A DNA stretch of 64,000 nt. Source: a virus. The notes beneath the pieces were generated by a model. That model had not been told where the DNA came from. It did not search any database and was given only the letters and a program-made list of their open reading frames with translations. Location: positions 30,413 through 94,412 of IMG/VR virus record IMGVR_UViG_3300008448_000023; one strand, 5' to 3'. The stretch's first letter is position 1, and every line of letters starts with the position of its first letter. Shown piece by piece: positions 51,250-59,278 of this stretch. Made by a program: the position numbers and the translations under genes.

Positions 51250-52521
51250 TTATTGACTGTGCAGTCCTTGATTTACTACGCTGACATCTAGGTCAAACAT
51301 ACTGCTCAAGAAACTGGTATAGTCTAGTACAGTATAGTCTTGATAGATGGGTTTGTCAACCCAGGGTACAAGGCCATTGGTGGTTCTGTCGCCAATTTTG
51401 ACAAAAGACTCGCCTAACATGGCAGCAGTTTCGCCGAGAACTTCGCCCAGCACTGCTCGTAGGTTTTTATTTCGTTGCTCTAGGATTTTTAGAACGGGCA
51501 ATTCAATTTCCATAAAAAACCCAAAGTCGCTTTGTTTGTCAGCTTGCCAGGCAGTACGATCAAATCCTTGATACAAATGCTGTCGCATAGCGTCTTGAAC
51601 GTGCCGGCTCATTTTTGTTGTTGTACGAGTTTCCAGAGTTTGATTGTAACTATGAGCACGATCAACCAAAGGATCTCGACGGCAGAGATCCAGCAGTTCG
51701 TACCATCCTCGAATGGCCAAGTCTGGCAAGTCTGGTGTCCAGTAGAACGGTTCCCAGATCACATTGTCGGGAAAGCCATTGGATTTGGTGCAATAGCTGT
51801 TTAGACGCATTAGGCCTTCGGGGAAAAAGGCCTGAGCTCGTGTTTGATCTTGAATAATGCAAGGCTTGTCAGTGCCGTTGAGCAAACAGGCTCGACGCCC
51901 ACCAATGCGTTTCTCCAGGCCAGGATCCTTAGCTACACTGAGCCAACGACCAAAAATCACTCCTGGCTTGGGTCTTGAATCTTTGAGTAGCTTGGCAGGA
52001 TCGCTAAAGGATTCTTCAACAATGTCCAGCCATTCAATCAAGGTCACATTGGTGTTTGGATGCATCTGCTGAAACTGCTGAGCATAAGGCACAGCATGAT
52101 ACATGATTTCTCCATACCAGTTTGCAGGGCGTTGGCTCTGAAAGTCTGTGACGTTTTCTAGTTCAGGCACCACAAAAATTACAATGTCATCGATGTGTAG
52201 GCCTTCCTTGGCAAAGGTCTCGATGATGTTTCTACTGTCCCAGCCACCGCTGAACAGCACTGCCACATAGTCATACTGCTCTCTTATTTGCCGGGCCCGT
52301 GCGCGATACAGTTGATCCAGAGTGTGATGTTTCCATGCGCCTCGCCGGTGAGCATCTTTCCAGATCTGGTCATAGTAGTGCCATTTCACTGGTTGGCTAG
52401 TTCGTTTGGCAGCGACCAATGCGTCTCGATTGGTGTAAAATATATCATTGCCTACAGTATAGTGCCCTGACGGGCTGTATAGAACTTCGCCTACGCTGTC
52501 GGTACCGGGCACATGGCTCAT
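51250..52521 (-). CDS. PP-loop (adenine nucleotide alpha-hydrolase-like) protein
   Basis: RARQIREQYDYVAVLFSGGWDS (SGGxDS), GTDKP, FYWTPD. Confidence 0.65.
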   Translation of the reverse strand: MSHVPGTDSVGEVLYSPSGHYTVGNDIFYTNRDALVAAKRTSQPVKWHYYDQIWKDAHRRGAWKHHTLDQLYRARARQIREQYDYVAVLFSGGWDSRNIIETFAKEGLHIDDIVIFVVPELENVTDFQSQRPANWYGEIMYHAVPYAQQFQQMHPNTNVTLIEWLDIVEESFSDPAKLLKDSRPKPGVIFGRWLSVAKDPGLEKRIGGRRACLLNGTDKPCIIQDQTRAQAFFPEGLMRLNSYCTKSNGFPDNVIWEPFYWTPDLPDLAIRGWYELLDLCRRDPLVDRAHSYNQTLETRTTTKMSRHVQDAMRQHLYQGFDRTAWQADKQSDFGFFMEIELPVLKILEQRNKNLRAVLGEVLGETAAMLGESFVKIGDRTTNGLVPWVDKPIYQDYTVLDYTSFLSSMFDLDVSVVNQGLHSQ

Positions 52522-53366
52522 TGTCGGTCCAGTATGTTTCGTTTAAAATCGTTTAACAGTTTGTCGTAGTCGGCTGGAGCACCGCCCGCTGGACGGGTGT
52601 TTACTGTGTTGGCAAACCACTCAACAGTGGCCGGCTGACTCAGCACAGTGTTAAAAATTTTGTTGAGCCGCAACAGTTTTTCTTCTGGGAAGTTTTTTGC
52701 TACACTGATGCCTTGACCGGCTACAATGCCCATCTTGTCAAGATTGCCAATGATTTTGATACGGTCTTTGTGTGTGTTGATTAGATTGTTTGTGCTGACA
52801 ATTTGTGCAACCGGAACATCTTTGCGCAGTAGTCCCAGCATGAGCTCAGCATCGTTTCTAAATGGCACAATCTGTACTGATGGGTCAAGCTTCATCTTGG
52901 AGATTAACAACGGGGCAGTTGCACCAGAATACCCAATGTTCAAATTGCCACGAAGATCAGCTAGACTGTTGATTGATGATTCTTTTAGCGAGGCAAACAA
53001 GAAGTTGATACGCACCAACAAGATCAAACTCTTGGTATCATTCAATGGATCCAGCTTGAGGTCAGGATGCTGTATGTAAGAAGATACCTGTGTTCCGGTG
53101 GAGCTCACAAACAAAACATTGGGGTTGGTCCGGCTTTCTTCAAGCATGGCCTGGTATGCTACCAAGAAGTCAGCACCTGGACGGTTGATGACTATAAACT
53201 TGTAGTCAGAAATTTTTTCAGCTTCGTCGGCAATCTTTCTTACATAGACATCGCTGGGGCCACCTGCTGGAGAACCAATGTAAATTTTAAATGTTTCTGC
53301 GTGTGCTAACCCTGCTAGTACAAACAGCGTGACAATGGCGGTTAAAAGTTTTTTGATCATAGACAT
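52518..53366 (-). CDS. TctC/Bug-family periplasmic substrate-binding protein
   Basis: Signal peptide (...GLAHA), PAGGPSD..R and VINRPGA motifs. Confidence 0.75.
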   Translation of the reverse strand: MSMIKKLLTAIVTLFVLAGLAHAETFKIYIGSPAGGPSDVYVRKIADEAEKISDYKFIVINRPGADFLVAYQAMLEESRTNPNVLFVSSTGTQVSSYIQHPDLKLDPLNDTKSLILLVRINFLFASLKESSINSLADLRGNLNIGYSGATAPLLISKMKLDPSVQIVPFRNDAELMLGLLRKDVPVAQIVSTNNLINTHKDRIKIIGNLDKMGIVAGQGISVAKNFPEEKLLRLNKIFNTVLSQPATVEWFANTVNTRPAGGAPADYDKLLNDFKRNILDRQ

Positions 53367-53379
53367 GTTCCTAAAAGTT

Positions 53380-53408
53380 ATTGTAACACATTGCTAGTAG
53401 GATGTCTA
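53380..53408 (-). promoter_or_regulatory. sigma70-like promoter
   Basis: TAGACA-17-TACAAT. Confidence 0.55.
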
Positions 53409-53528
53409 CACACGGTGCGGCGTTCTGAGCATAGTTGTGTCAGTAAAAGGGTCACTACCCTAGGCGTCACTTGCGATACCGACGTCAGCCCTGTGCTGGC
53501 GTTGCCAAAATATTTAGTGAACAGAGTA

Positions 53529-54029
53529 TTATTCTATTAGAAAAGGTGAGTAGTAATTGGAGTCTTTGCGATTGTCGCACTGCAATAACCATTTGTATAT
53601 AGGAGTAGTAAATTGCAAACTGATAGCTCCAACTGATCCCATGTATTCTGATGGCACTATAATATCAGGGCGCTCCGGGCAATGACATTTGCCGTATTCT
53701 TCAAACGCCATTCTTAGATTGAGATTCTCAATCCAGATACCTTGTATGTGTAACATAGGAAATGCTCGTGTGTTGTCCAGATCAAACACATCTGCTAGAT
53801 CTTCAACTTCGACAGTTAACTTGTAGTTGCCATTTGCTGTGTCTAAAAATTCATGCTCTATGCATACCGGTTGATTGACATTGCCATGGTACAGTGTTAG
53901 ATCATTCAGCATGATTTTGACCACGCAGTGTTGAACTGCCGGCACCCACTTTTCAAAGTTAATCATGTACCCAGTGTCAAGCTGGATGTTTAATTTGGCT
54001 TTGTTGATATGTTCAATTTTGCCTGGCAT
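53529..54029 (-). CDS. Hypothetical protein
   Basis: Start revised to MPGKIEH; FTTPIYKWLL C-terminus. Confidence 0.55.
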   Translation of the reverse strand: MPGKIEHINKAKLNIQLDTGYMINFEKWVPAVQHCVVKIMLNDLTLYHGNVNQPVCIEHEFLDTANGNYKLTVEVEDLADVFDLDNTRAFPMLHIQGIWIENLNLRMAFEEYGKCHCPERPDIIVPSEYMGSVGAISLQFTTPIYKWLLQCDNRKDSNYYSPFLIE

Positions 54030-54030
54030 G

Positions 54031-55086
54031 CTAAACATAATTTTCTGCCTCGCCTTCTCTATAGATATCGTTTGTAATACAATGCAAGCCACCGTCCCAG
54101 AAGAACCTATGTCTAAAAGGCACAATAACAGGTTCAATCCGGCACTGTTTAAAGAATTCAAACATGTCTTTGTTGTAGTTGTTGACCAATACTGTGCTTT
54201 TGTTGATTTGTAACATGTTGACATCAAACACTGTCTCTGCTACAAACCCTAGCCAGTGGCCAAGCCAGGTCTCAACAAAATTATTAAATTCAGCGTTGTT
54301 TTGATTGTCTGGGATCCACCAACGTCCTTGATTACTGTGCTTGAGTTGTCGCCAAGCGGGAATAGCGTTCCAGCTTTGATTTTCGATATACTTTACTTTC
54401 CAGCCTGGTAATGTGTCTGTGTAGTTTGTGTGATGATATGTACTAACCACAACACCGGGCTTGACAAGACTAAACACAGCATCGTTGTGCCCACCAATGA
54501 ACACTGGTACAATAGTACGATCAGGAAACTGTTGTTTAAAATAATCGTACAGCCAAGGATCTTCTCGGCAGTCAAGTATGATGCAGTCACCGACCACAGT
54601 GGCCATTGGGGCATCAAAGTCGGTTGGAGAGATGATAGTACGATTGTGACTCAACTGTTTGATCAAACAATCAAACCATTTTGAATCGCTATTGGTCAAC
54701 ATGACATCTTTGCCCACAACCAATTGGCAATCTCTGGGTTGCATTGGTGGCTTTGGGATCAGAGTATAGCTGCCCGACGATTGGTAAGTCAATTGTCCTG
54801 ATGTGGGATCGACAAAATTCATTATGGTCAATTCGCGATCGATAACGGGACGTTGAACACGTACTCCTAGCTCAGACAACGTGCTAGAAAGGTTAGCATA
54901 ATCTTCTTCTGTTTCTCGCGCAATTCGTTGCAGACTGTCTCTAACCTTGCTGTTTTTTACAGGTTCGTAAAACTCAGGAAGATAGCTGGCTCCTACCCAA
55001 ACATGTTTTAAGTCGTGCCAAGGTGCATTGAATTTAACTGGGTGAGTTGAACAAGTAGTCAAGACTGTTTCCATAGGCGTTGTCAA
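54031..55086 (-). CDS. Second amidinotransferase-family protein
   Basis: PWHDLKHVWVG, QPRD, GHND, GFVAETVFDVN, FWDGGLHCIT; start uncertain. Confidence 0.85.
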   Translation of the reverse strand: MTTPMETVLTTCSTHPVKFNAPWHDLKHVWVGASYLPEFYEPVKNSKVRDSLQRIARETEEDYANLSSTLSELGVRVQRPVIDRELTIMNFVDPTSGQLTYQSSGSYTLIPKPPMQPRDCQLVVGKDVMLTNSDSKWFDCLIKQLSHNRTIISPTDFDAPMATVVGDCIILDCREDPWLYDYFKQQFPDRTIVPVFIGGHNDAVFSLVKPGVVVSTYHHTNYTDTLPGWKVKYIENQSWNAIPAWRQLKHSNQGRWWIPDNQNNAEFNNFVETWLGHWLGFVAETVFDVNMLQINKSTVLVNNYNKDMFEFFKQCRIEPVIVPFRHRFFWDGGLHCITNDIYREGEAENYV

Positions 55087-56191
55087 ATTCTAATTGGCTC
55101 AATAACGGTAAATTTTTTGTTCGTATAACAGTACTGTCACTTAGTTTAAATATCCATCTATTGTCTAATAGACGAATTTTTTTGTGGGTGTATACCATGA
55201 ATTGCCCGCTGTTTTGTTTTTCAGCATTGGCATGGTAATTGCTGTTTTGATCAAATTCGTAGATATAGTCTTTAAGGAACTGTTTATATCCAGGGTACCC
55301 GCGACCACGGTCAAGAATCAAGTCGCTGTGATAGTACATGTAGTTCTCAAAGTCGTCGCATTCAAAAAACCCACTCACACAGTGTTGGTTGTACGATGAT
55401 TGATTCATCAAGAAAGAGTTGTCAGTGACTGAATAGACTTGACTCTTTGCTAGGCTGTAAAAACACCATCTGGCCTCCAGCAGTGTATTGATTGATCTGC
55501 CCGACAATGCAAAATATTTGTCTGCAAACTCAACTAGACTTTGGTCCTGGCTAACTTGATAAAAATAATCTTTCCAGGGCAGATATAGCGCATCGATGCC
55601 AACATTGTCAACAAAGGTCTTGTCAAGACTTGCAGTAAATTCGTCACCGCCGTGTCCAGTAACAAAGTGTCCGTCAAAGTGAGTTTGTAGATATACATCG
55701 CCGCTGATATCCAGCATCTCTATCTGAGGATACTGCTTCTGTAGCAGTTCAAAAAATTCTCTATTTTCGTAGACACTGTGCGGAGAATATAAAATTCTCA
55801 ACCGACTCAGATCCTGAGTATGACGCAAAAATGCTACAACAAGACTTGTACTATCGTGCCCACCGCTCCAGCACAAATTTAATAGTTGATCAAGACCTAG
55901 ATACTGATCAACTCGATTTTTCATCATTTGTTCAAACGACACACAATTTTCGGGCATATGCCAGGGTCTCTGAACTTCGAATTTAAACGGACTTGTTGTT
56001 GTTTGTGTACGATCAACAATGTCTCCAAATGGGATCTTAGAAAATATCGAGTTGATATCTAGCAAATAATTGTATTCAGGGAATCCTTGAATTTTTTTTA
56101 GTCTGCCGACGGGAGAATGAGATATGCCCCGCCAGTCTAAAATTTTTCCAATGTATTCAGGATTTATTGCAGACAACAACGGTAAGGACAT
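55034..56191 (-). CDS. PP-loop / asparagine-synthase-like protein
   Basis: CWSGGHDST, VTGHGGDE. Confidence 0.65.
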   Translation of the reverse strand: MSLPLLSAINPEYIGKILDWRGISHSPVGRLKKIQGFPEYNYLLDINSIFSKIPFGDIVDRTQTTTSPFKFEVQRPWHMPENCVSFEQMMKNRVDQYLGLDQLLNLCWSGGHDSTSLVVAFLRHTQDLSRLRILYSPHSVYENREFFELLQKQYPQIEMLDISGDVYLQTHFDGHFVTGHGGDEFTASLDKTFVDNVGIDALYLPWKDYFYQVSQDQSLVEFADKYFALSGRSINTLLEARWCFYSLAKSQVYSVTDNSFLMNQSSYNQHCVSGFFECDDFENYMYYHSDLILDRGRGYPGYKQFLKDYIYEFDQNSNYHANAEKQNSGQFMVYTHKKIRLLDNRWIFKLSDSTVIRTKNLPLLSQLEFDNAYGNSLDYLFNSPS

Positions 56192-56463
56192 TATGAGTTG
56201 CGGTTAGTGATATGGCGTATTTCGACGCAAAGCATTTCGATGTCAATGTCATCAACATCGTTGGTTTCAAACGCTTGAATTTTTAATATGATCTGAGATT
56301 CAATCTGCGACAATTGTGATAACATACGCAGTCTTCTTTTGACAATTACAGGATCTGTTGCATAATCGATTAACTCGGTCAACAGCGTGTTCCTGTAATT
56401 GTTAACAAGATCGATGAGATTTTTTGTTGTTTTTATTTTGTAGTAGTTAACTTGCCGGATCAT
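56191..56463 (-). CDS. Hypothetical protein
   Basis: 90 aa, coupled to its neighbours. Confidence 0.5.
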   Translation of the reverse strand: MIRQVNYYKIKTTKNLIDLVNNYRNTLLTELIDYATDPVIVKRRLRMLSQLSQIESQIILKIQAFETNDVDDIDIEMLCVEIRHITNRNS

Positions 56464-56696
56464 GACTCAGGGTCAACACTTGCACTTGAACACCCAACAC
56501 CTAGTGCAAACGCACACCATTCTTCAGCAGATGCTAAATCAGGCCATGAACGAATAGCAACTTGTCGCGAACCTTCGTCGACAAAATTTATCACTGACTC
56601 AATGCCTTGTGCCTTTAGCTCAGCAATTTTTGCATCGCATGCAGATCTTTGCTCTGCAGTCATTGGCGGTTCCCAAATTACAGTTGTATAACGCAT
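56460..56696 (-). CDS. Hypothetical protein
   Basis: 78 aa, AGGAG RBS, TAAATA at 56717-56722. Confidence 0.6.
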   Translation of the reverse strand: MRYTTVIWEPPMTAEQRSACDAKIAELKAQGIESVINFVDEGSRQVAIRSWPDLASAEEWCAFALGVGCSSASVDPES

Positions 56697-56725
56697 TTAA
56701 ATTCTCCTAATATTCTTATTTATGG

Positions 56726-57196
56726 CTATGCTGCTCTCAGACCCTTGAATCGGTCGGCAGCATAGCTGGCAGCAAACGCTTCGGGCTTGACAAAAGGCAC
56801 AACATTGCACACACCTTTGATATAGCCCACAGCCTGACTAATAACACAGCTAGAACCATGTAGTTCGTTAGGGTTGATGTCCAAGTGAACTTCAACGTGT
56901 CGGTCATCCAGAACTTCGGCCAGCTTGAGATACAGTTCTGAAACCTTGTACACTTCGGTCATGAGTCGCATGGCAGGCTTGCCAGGCTTGGTGTCCCACA
57001 CACGTTCGCGATGTACTTCGCCAAACAGTTTGCAACCGTTGTTGCCGTTGATGTGTACCACAATGGCCAGCACATAGTCAGCATGCCATTCGCCGTTGAC
57101 CTTGAGTCGTTCTGAATCACAACCCAGATAAATCTTGGTCTCCGGGCCTTGCGCTTCGATAAATGACTTGACTTCTTCTAGGTCGATTTTTTTCAT
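56726..57196 (-). CDS. RNase H-like YkuK (DUF458) family protein
   Basis: IYLGCDS, RLMTEV, VHLDIN, AASYAAD; start revised to 57196 because the longer ORF overlaps a tRNA. Confidence 0.75.
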   Translation of the reverse strand: MKKIDLEEVKSFIEAQGPETKIYLGCDSERLKVNGEWHADYVLAIVVHINGNNGCKLFGEVHRERVWDTKPGKPAMRLMTEVYKVSELYLKLAEVLDDRHVEVHLDINPNELHGSSCVISQAVGYIKGVCNVVPFVKPEAFAASYAADRFKGLRAA

Positions 57197-57216
57197 ACTA
57201 ATTCTTTCAAAAAACT

Positions 57217-57293
57217 TGGTGCTCCGGGTGGGACTCGAACCCACAAAATCTGGATTTTGAATCCAGCACGTATACCAATTCCATCACCAGAGC
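57217..57293 (-). tRNA. tRNA-Leu(CAA), short variable region
   Basis: CTGGA-TTCAAAA-TCCAG anticodon arm, GTTCGAGTC T-loop, encoded CCA. Confidence 0.85.
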
Positions 57294-57302
57294 TATTGTA
57301 AT

Positions 57303-57518
57303 TTATGCACGATCTCGACGTGCTGAGCCAATTCGGCTGGCTTTGTTCCAATCGTAGGCCACGCCATCGGGACACATGCCATCTCGTATACTGTCTACTC
57401 CAAATAGACCGCAGACTTCAAAGTCGGTGCCTTGAATGGTAACAAACTGGTTCAACAGTCGGGCATGTGCCATTGCTGACTCCAGATCAGCAAATTCTAA
57501 TTCATTTATTTTGTACAT
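57303..57518 (-). CDS. Hypothetical protein
   Basis: 71 aa, directly after a promoter. Confidence 0.6.
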   Translation of the reverse strand: MYKINELEFADLESAMAHARLLNQFVTIQGTDFEVCGLFGVDSIRDGMCPDGVAYDWNKASRIGSARRDRA

Positions 57519-57523
57519 AGCTT

Positions 57524-57552
57524 ATTATATAATCTTTTTAATTCATAGTCAA
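57524..57552 (-). promoter_or_regulatory. sigma70 promoter, leaderless
   Basis: TTGACT-17-TATAAT; ATG 5 nt downstream. Confidence 0.75.
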
Positions 57553-57562
57553 CGATAAAAAC

Positions 57563-57731
57563 TGCAAACAAACCGGTTTCGCTAGGGCGTGTGGCTGAAC
57601 GCCAATCGACAATAGATTGGCTTATCACCGGCAACAACCATGGGCCTCTCACCCATGCACCTGGACCAGTAGATGTACATCACTGCACAGAGCTGTCTGG
57701 GGGATTGCCCCTACACGTTTTTTTGCTTGCA
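57563..57731 (-). ncRNA. Unknown structured ncRNA, about 170 nt
   Basis: Closing helix GCAAGCAAA/TTTGTTTGC, several internal hairpins, possible pseudoknot. Confidence 0.55.
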
Positions 57732-57735
57732 AAAT

Positions 57736-57807
57736 TGGCGGGTTCTTCAGGAATTGAACCTTCAACTCCAAGGATTGGACCCTTGAGAGATCAGCCAGAG
57801 TGAACCC
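57736..57807 (-). tRNA. Atypical tRNA-like gene with CCA (Trp) anticodon and degenerate D and T arms
   Basis: GGGTTC/GAACCC-GCCA acceptor, CAAGG-GTCCAAT-CCTTG arm, AGG-TTCAATT-CCT. Confidence 0.5.
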
Positions 57808-57814
57808 ATAAATT

Positions 57815-57898
57815 TGGTACCCCAGATGGGACTCGAACCCACACACCTTTCGGCACTGCCACCTCAAGACAGCGTGTCTACCATTCCACCACCGGGGC
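57815..57898 (-). tRNA. tRNA-Leu(GAG)
   Basis: CTGTC-TTGAGGT-GGCAG, long variable arm, CCA. Confidence 0.9.
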
Positions 57899-57904
57899 AA
57901 TATT

Positions 57905-57978
57905 TGGTAGGTCATAACGGTATCGATCCGCTGTATCTTGGATGTCGACCAAGCGCTCTACCTTTGAGCTAATGACCT
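57905..57978 (-). tRNA. tRNA-Val(GAC)
   Basis: CTTGG-TCGACAT-CCAAG, CCA. Confidence 0.85.
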
Positions 57979-58028
57979 AAGTGTGCTGACTACTTGTCCT
58001 ATTGTACTCCGTCAGCAAAGGAGAATGC

Positions 58029-58103
58029 TGGTGTCCCCGACCAGAATCGAACTGATATTTTGTTCTTAGGAGGAACCGGTTCTGTCCATTGAACTACAGG
58101 GAC
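58029..58103 (-). tRNA. tRNA-Arg(CCT)
   Basis: GTTC-CTCCTAA-GAAC, CCA. Confidence 0.85.
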
Positions 58104-58109
58104 TCGTGA

Positions 58110-58292
58110 TCAGCTTTGGCTGTTTATTTCACGCAAACTATCCCGGCGAATCAAGAATCTGCGAGTTTCGCCCTCACGACGCACACTCAGGAACTCATGT
58201 CCTTGGAGTGTTCGAACCATGCGAACGTTATCGCAGATATAGCGCTCAAGTGTGATCTTGTTTTCAAATAGTCGTGTTTTATTTTCCATCAC
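58110..58292 (-). CDS. Small hypothetical protein in the tRNA array
   Basis: 60 aa, AAGGA RBS. Confidence 0.55.
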   Translation of the reverse strand: MMENKTRLFENKITLERYICDNVRMVRTLQGHEFLSVRREGETRRFLIRRDSLREINSQS

Positions 58293-58314
58293 AGTTTCCT
58301 TTGCACTTACTTAT

Positions 58315-58406
58315 TGGCGGAAAGCAGAGGAGTCGAACCCCATCCCTGTTAAGAGAACCTGGTTTTCAAGGCCAGTCGCAGGACCATCCCCGCTGCATTA
58401 CTTTCC
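58315..58406 (-). tRNA. tRNA-Ser(TGA)
   Basis: CTGGC-CTTGAAA-ACCAG, long variable arm, GCCA. Confidence 0.85.
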
Positions 58407-58413
58407 GTTTGAT

Positions 58414-58491
58414 TGGAGCACAGGGTGAGATTTGAACTCACGGTTTTAGGGATTTGCAATCCCTTGCGTTGGGCCACTCCGCCACCTGTGC
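58414..58491 (-). tRNA. tRNA-Cys(GCA)
   Basis: AGGGA-TTGCAAA-TCCCT, TCCA end. Confidence 0.9.
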
Positions 58492-58497
58492 ATAGAT

Positions 58498-58571
58498 TGG
58501 TCTCGGTAGCAGGAATCGAACCTACGCTCGAACGTCCCAAACGTTCAGTGATACCATTTCACCATACCGAG
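58498..58571 (-). tRNA. tRNA-Pro(TGG)
   Basis: GAACG-TTTGGGA-CGTTC. Confidence 0.9.
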
Positions 58572-58576
58572 AAATA

Positions 58577-58726
58577 TTAACTGGGAATCATTCTAGGCAA
58601 AAAGGGCACTGCTCTGGGCCCATGCCGCTGTTGCAACAGCAAGCGAGCTTCCTGAGCGTCGTTCGCGCCCACACGGTCTGTGAACTCACGACCGTTGACT
58701 CTTACAGTTGCTTCGAATAATTTCAT
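58577..58726 (-). CDS. 49-aa small protein missing from the ORF track
   Basis: MKLFEATVRVNGREFTDRVGANDAQEARLLLQQRHGPRAVPFLPRMIPS*; fills the spacer. Confidence 0.55.
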   Translation of the reverse strand: MKLFEATVRVNGREFTDRVGANDAQEARLLLQQRHGPRAVPFLPRMIPS

Positions 58727-58742
58727 ACTGTCTTTCAAAATT

Positions 58743-58817
58743 TGGTACCTGGACACGGTTTCGAACCGCGGACCCTCTCCGTGTAAAGGAGACGCTCTAC
58801 CCCTGAGCTATCCAGGC
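58743..58817 (-). tRNA. tRNA-Val(TAC)
   Basis: TCTCC-TTTACAC-GGAGA. Confidence 0.92.
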
Positions 58818-58819
58818 AA

Positions 58820-59005
58820 TTATGCTTTTGTATCAACCTTGGGGTTGTAGTGCGTGGGCACTAGCTCGCCCACTCGATTATACAGATATTGCACAACTTC
58901 AATGTATTTTCTATTAGTCACAGGATCCAGCACAGTGCTATACAAAGTGGTTCGATATATGTTGTTGACTATGTCTCTTACTGCTGATGTGCTTTCGACT
59001 ATCAT
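58820..59005 (-). CDS. Small hypothetical protein
   Basis: 61 aa, AAGGA RBS, fills the spacer. Confidence 0.55.
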   Translation of the reverse strand: MIVESTSAVRDIVNNIYRTTLYSTVLDPVTNRKYIEVVQYLYNRVGELVPTHYNPKVDTKA

Positions 59006-59017
59006 GCTATAATCCTT

Positions 59018-59091
59018 TGGAGCGGGGTAGGGGAATCGAACCCCTCGCTTTAGCTTGGAAGGCTAAGGTATTACCACTATACGAACCCCGC
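59018..59091 (-). tRNA. tRNA-Gly(TCC)
   Basis: TTAGC-CTTCCAA-GCTAA. Confidence 0.92.
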
Positions 59092-59103
59092 AATAAATAC
59101 TGG

Positions 59104-59274
59104 ATGCAACAACGTGACTTCTTTGCTGCCAACGGATGGGCTCACATACACCTATCAGTCAACCACAATGCATCTGTGTGCTACATCTTTGTCAATGATA
59201 TTTACAACGAACGCCTGACCATGCGATATTTTACCAACATGGCTGACGCATTGAATTTCATTGAAAACATCTAA
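59104..59274 (+). CDS. 56-aa hypothetical protein
   Basis: ATG 4 nt after TAAATA (59094-59099); the longer track ORF overlaps tRNA-Gly. Confidence 0.55.
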   Translation: MQQRDFFAANGWAHIHLSVNHNASVCYIFVNDIYNERLTMRYFTNMADALNFIENI

Positions 59275-59278
59275 CTGC

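Noticed and set aside
110-56691. Numerous 60-230 aa antisense or alternate-frame ORFs inside long genes (e.g. 45650..46348 +, 30778..31272 -)
   Set aside because: Shadow ORFs fully overlapping well-supported genes, with no motifs of their own.
57563-57807. tmRNA or RNase P RNA
   Set aside because: The tRNA-like part lacks G3:U70 and no tag ORF is evident; the RNase P conserved GAGGAAAGUCC region is absent.
57984-58028. HDV-like (theta) ribozyme behind a tRNA
   Set aside because: No P3/L3 or nested double pseudoknot can be drawn; only a simple H-type fold fits.
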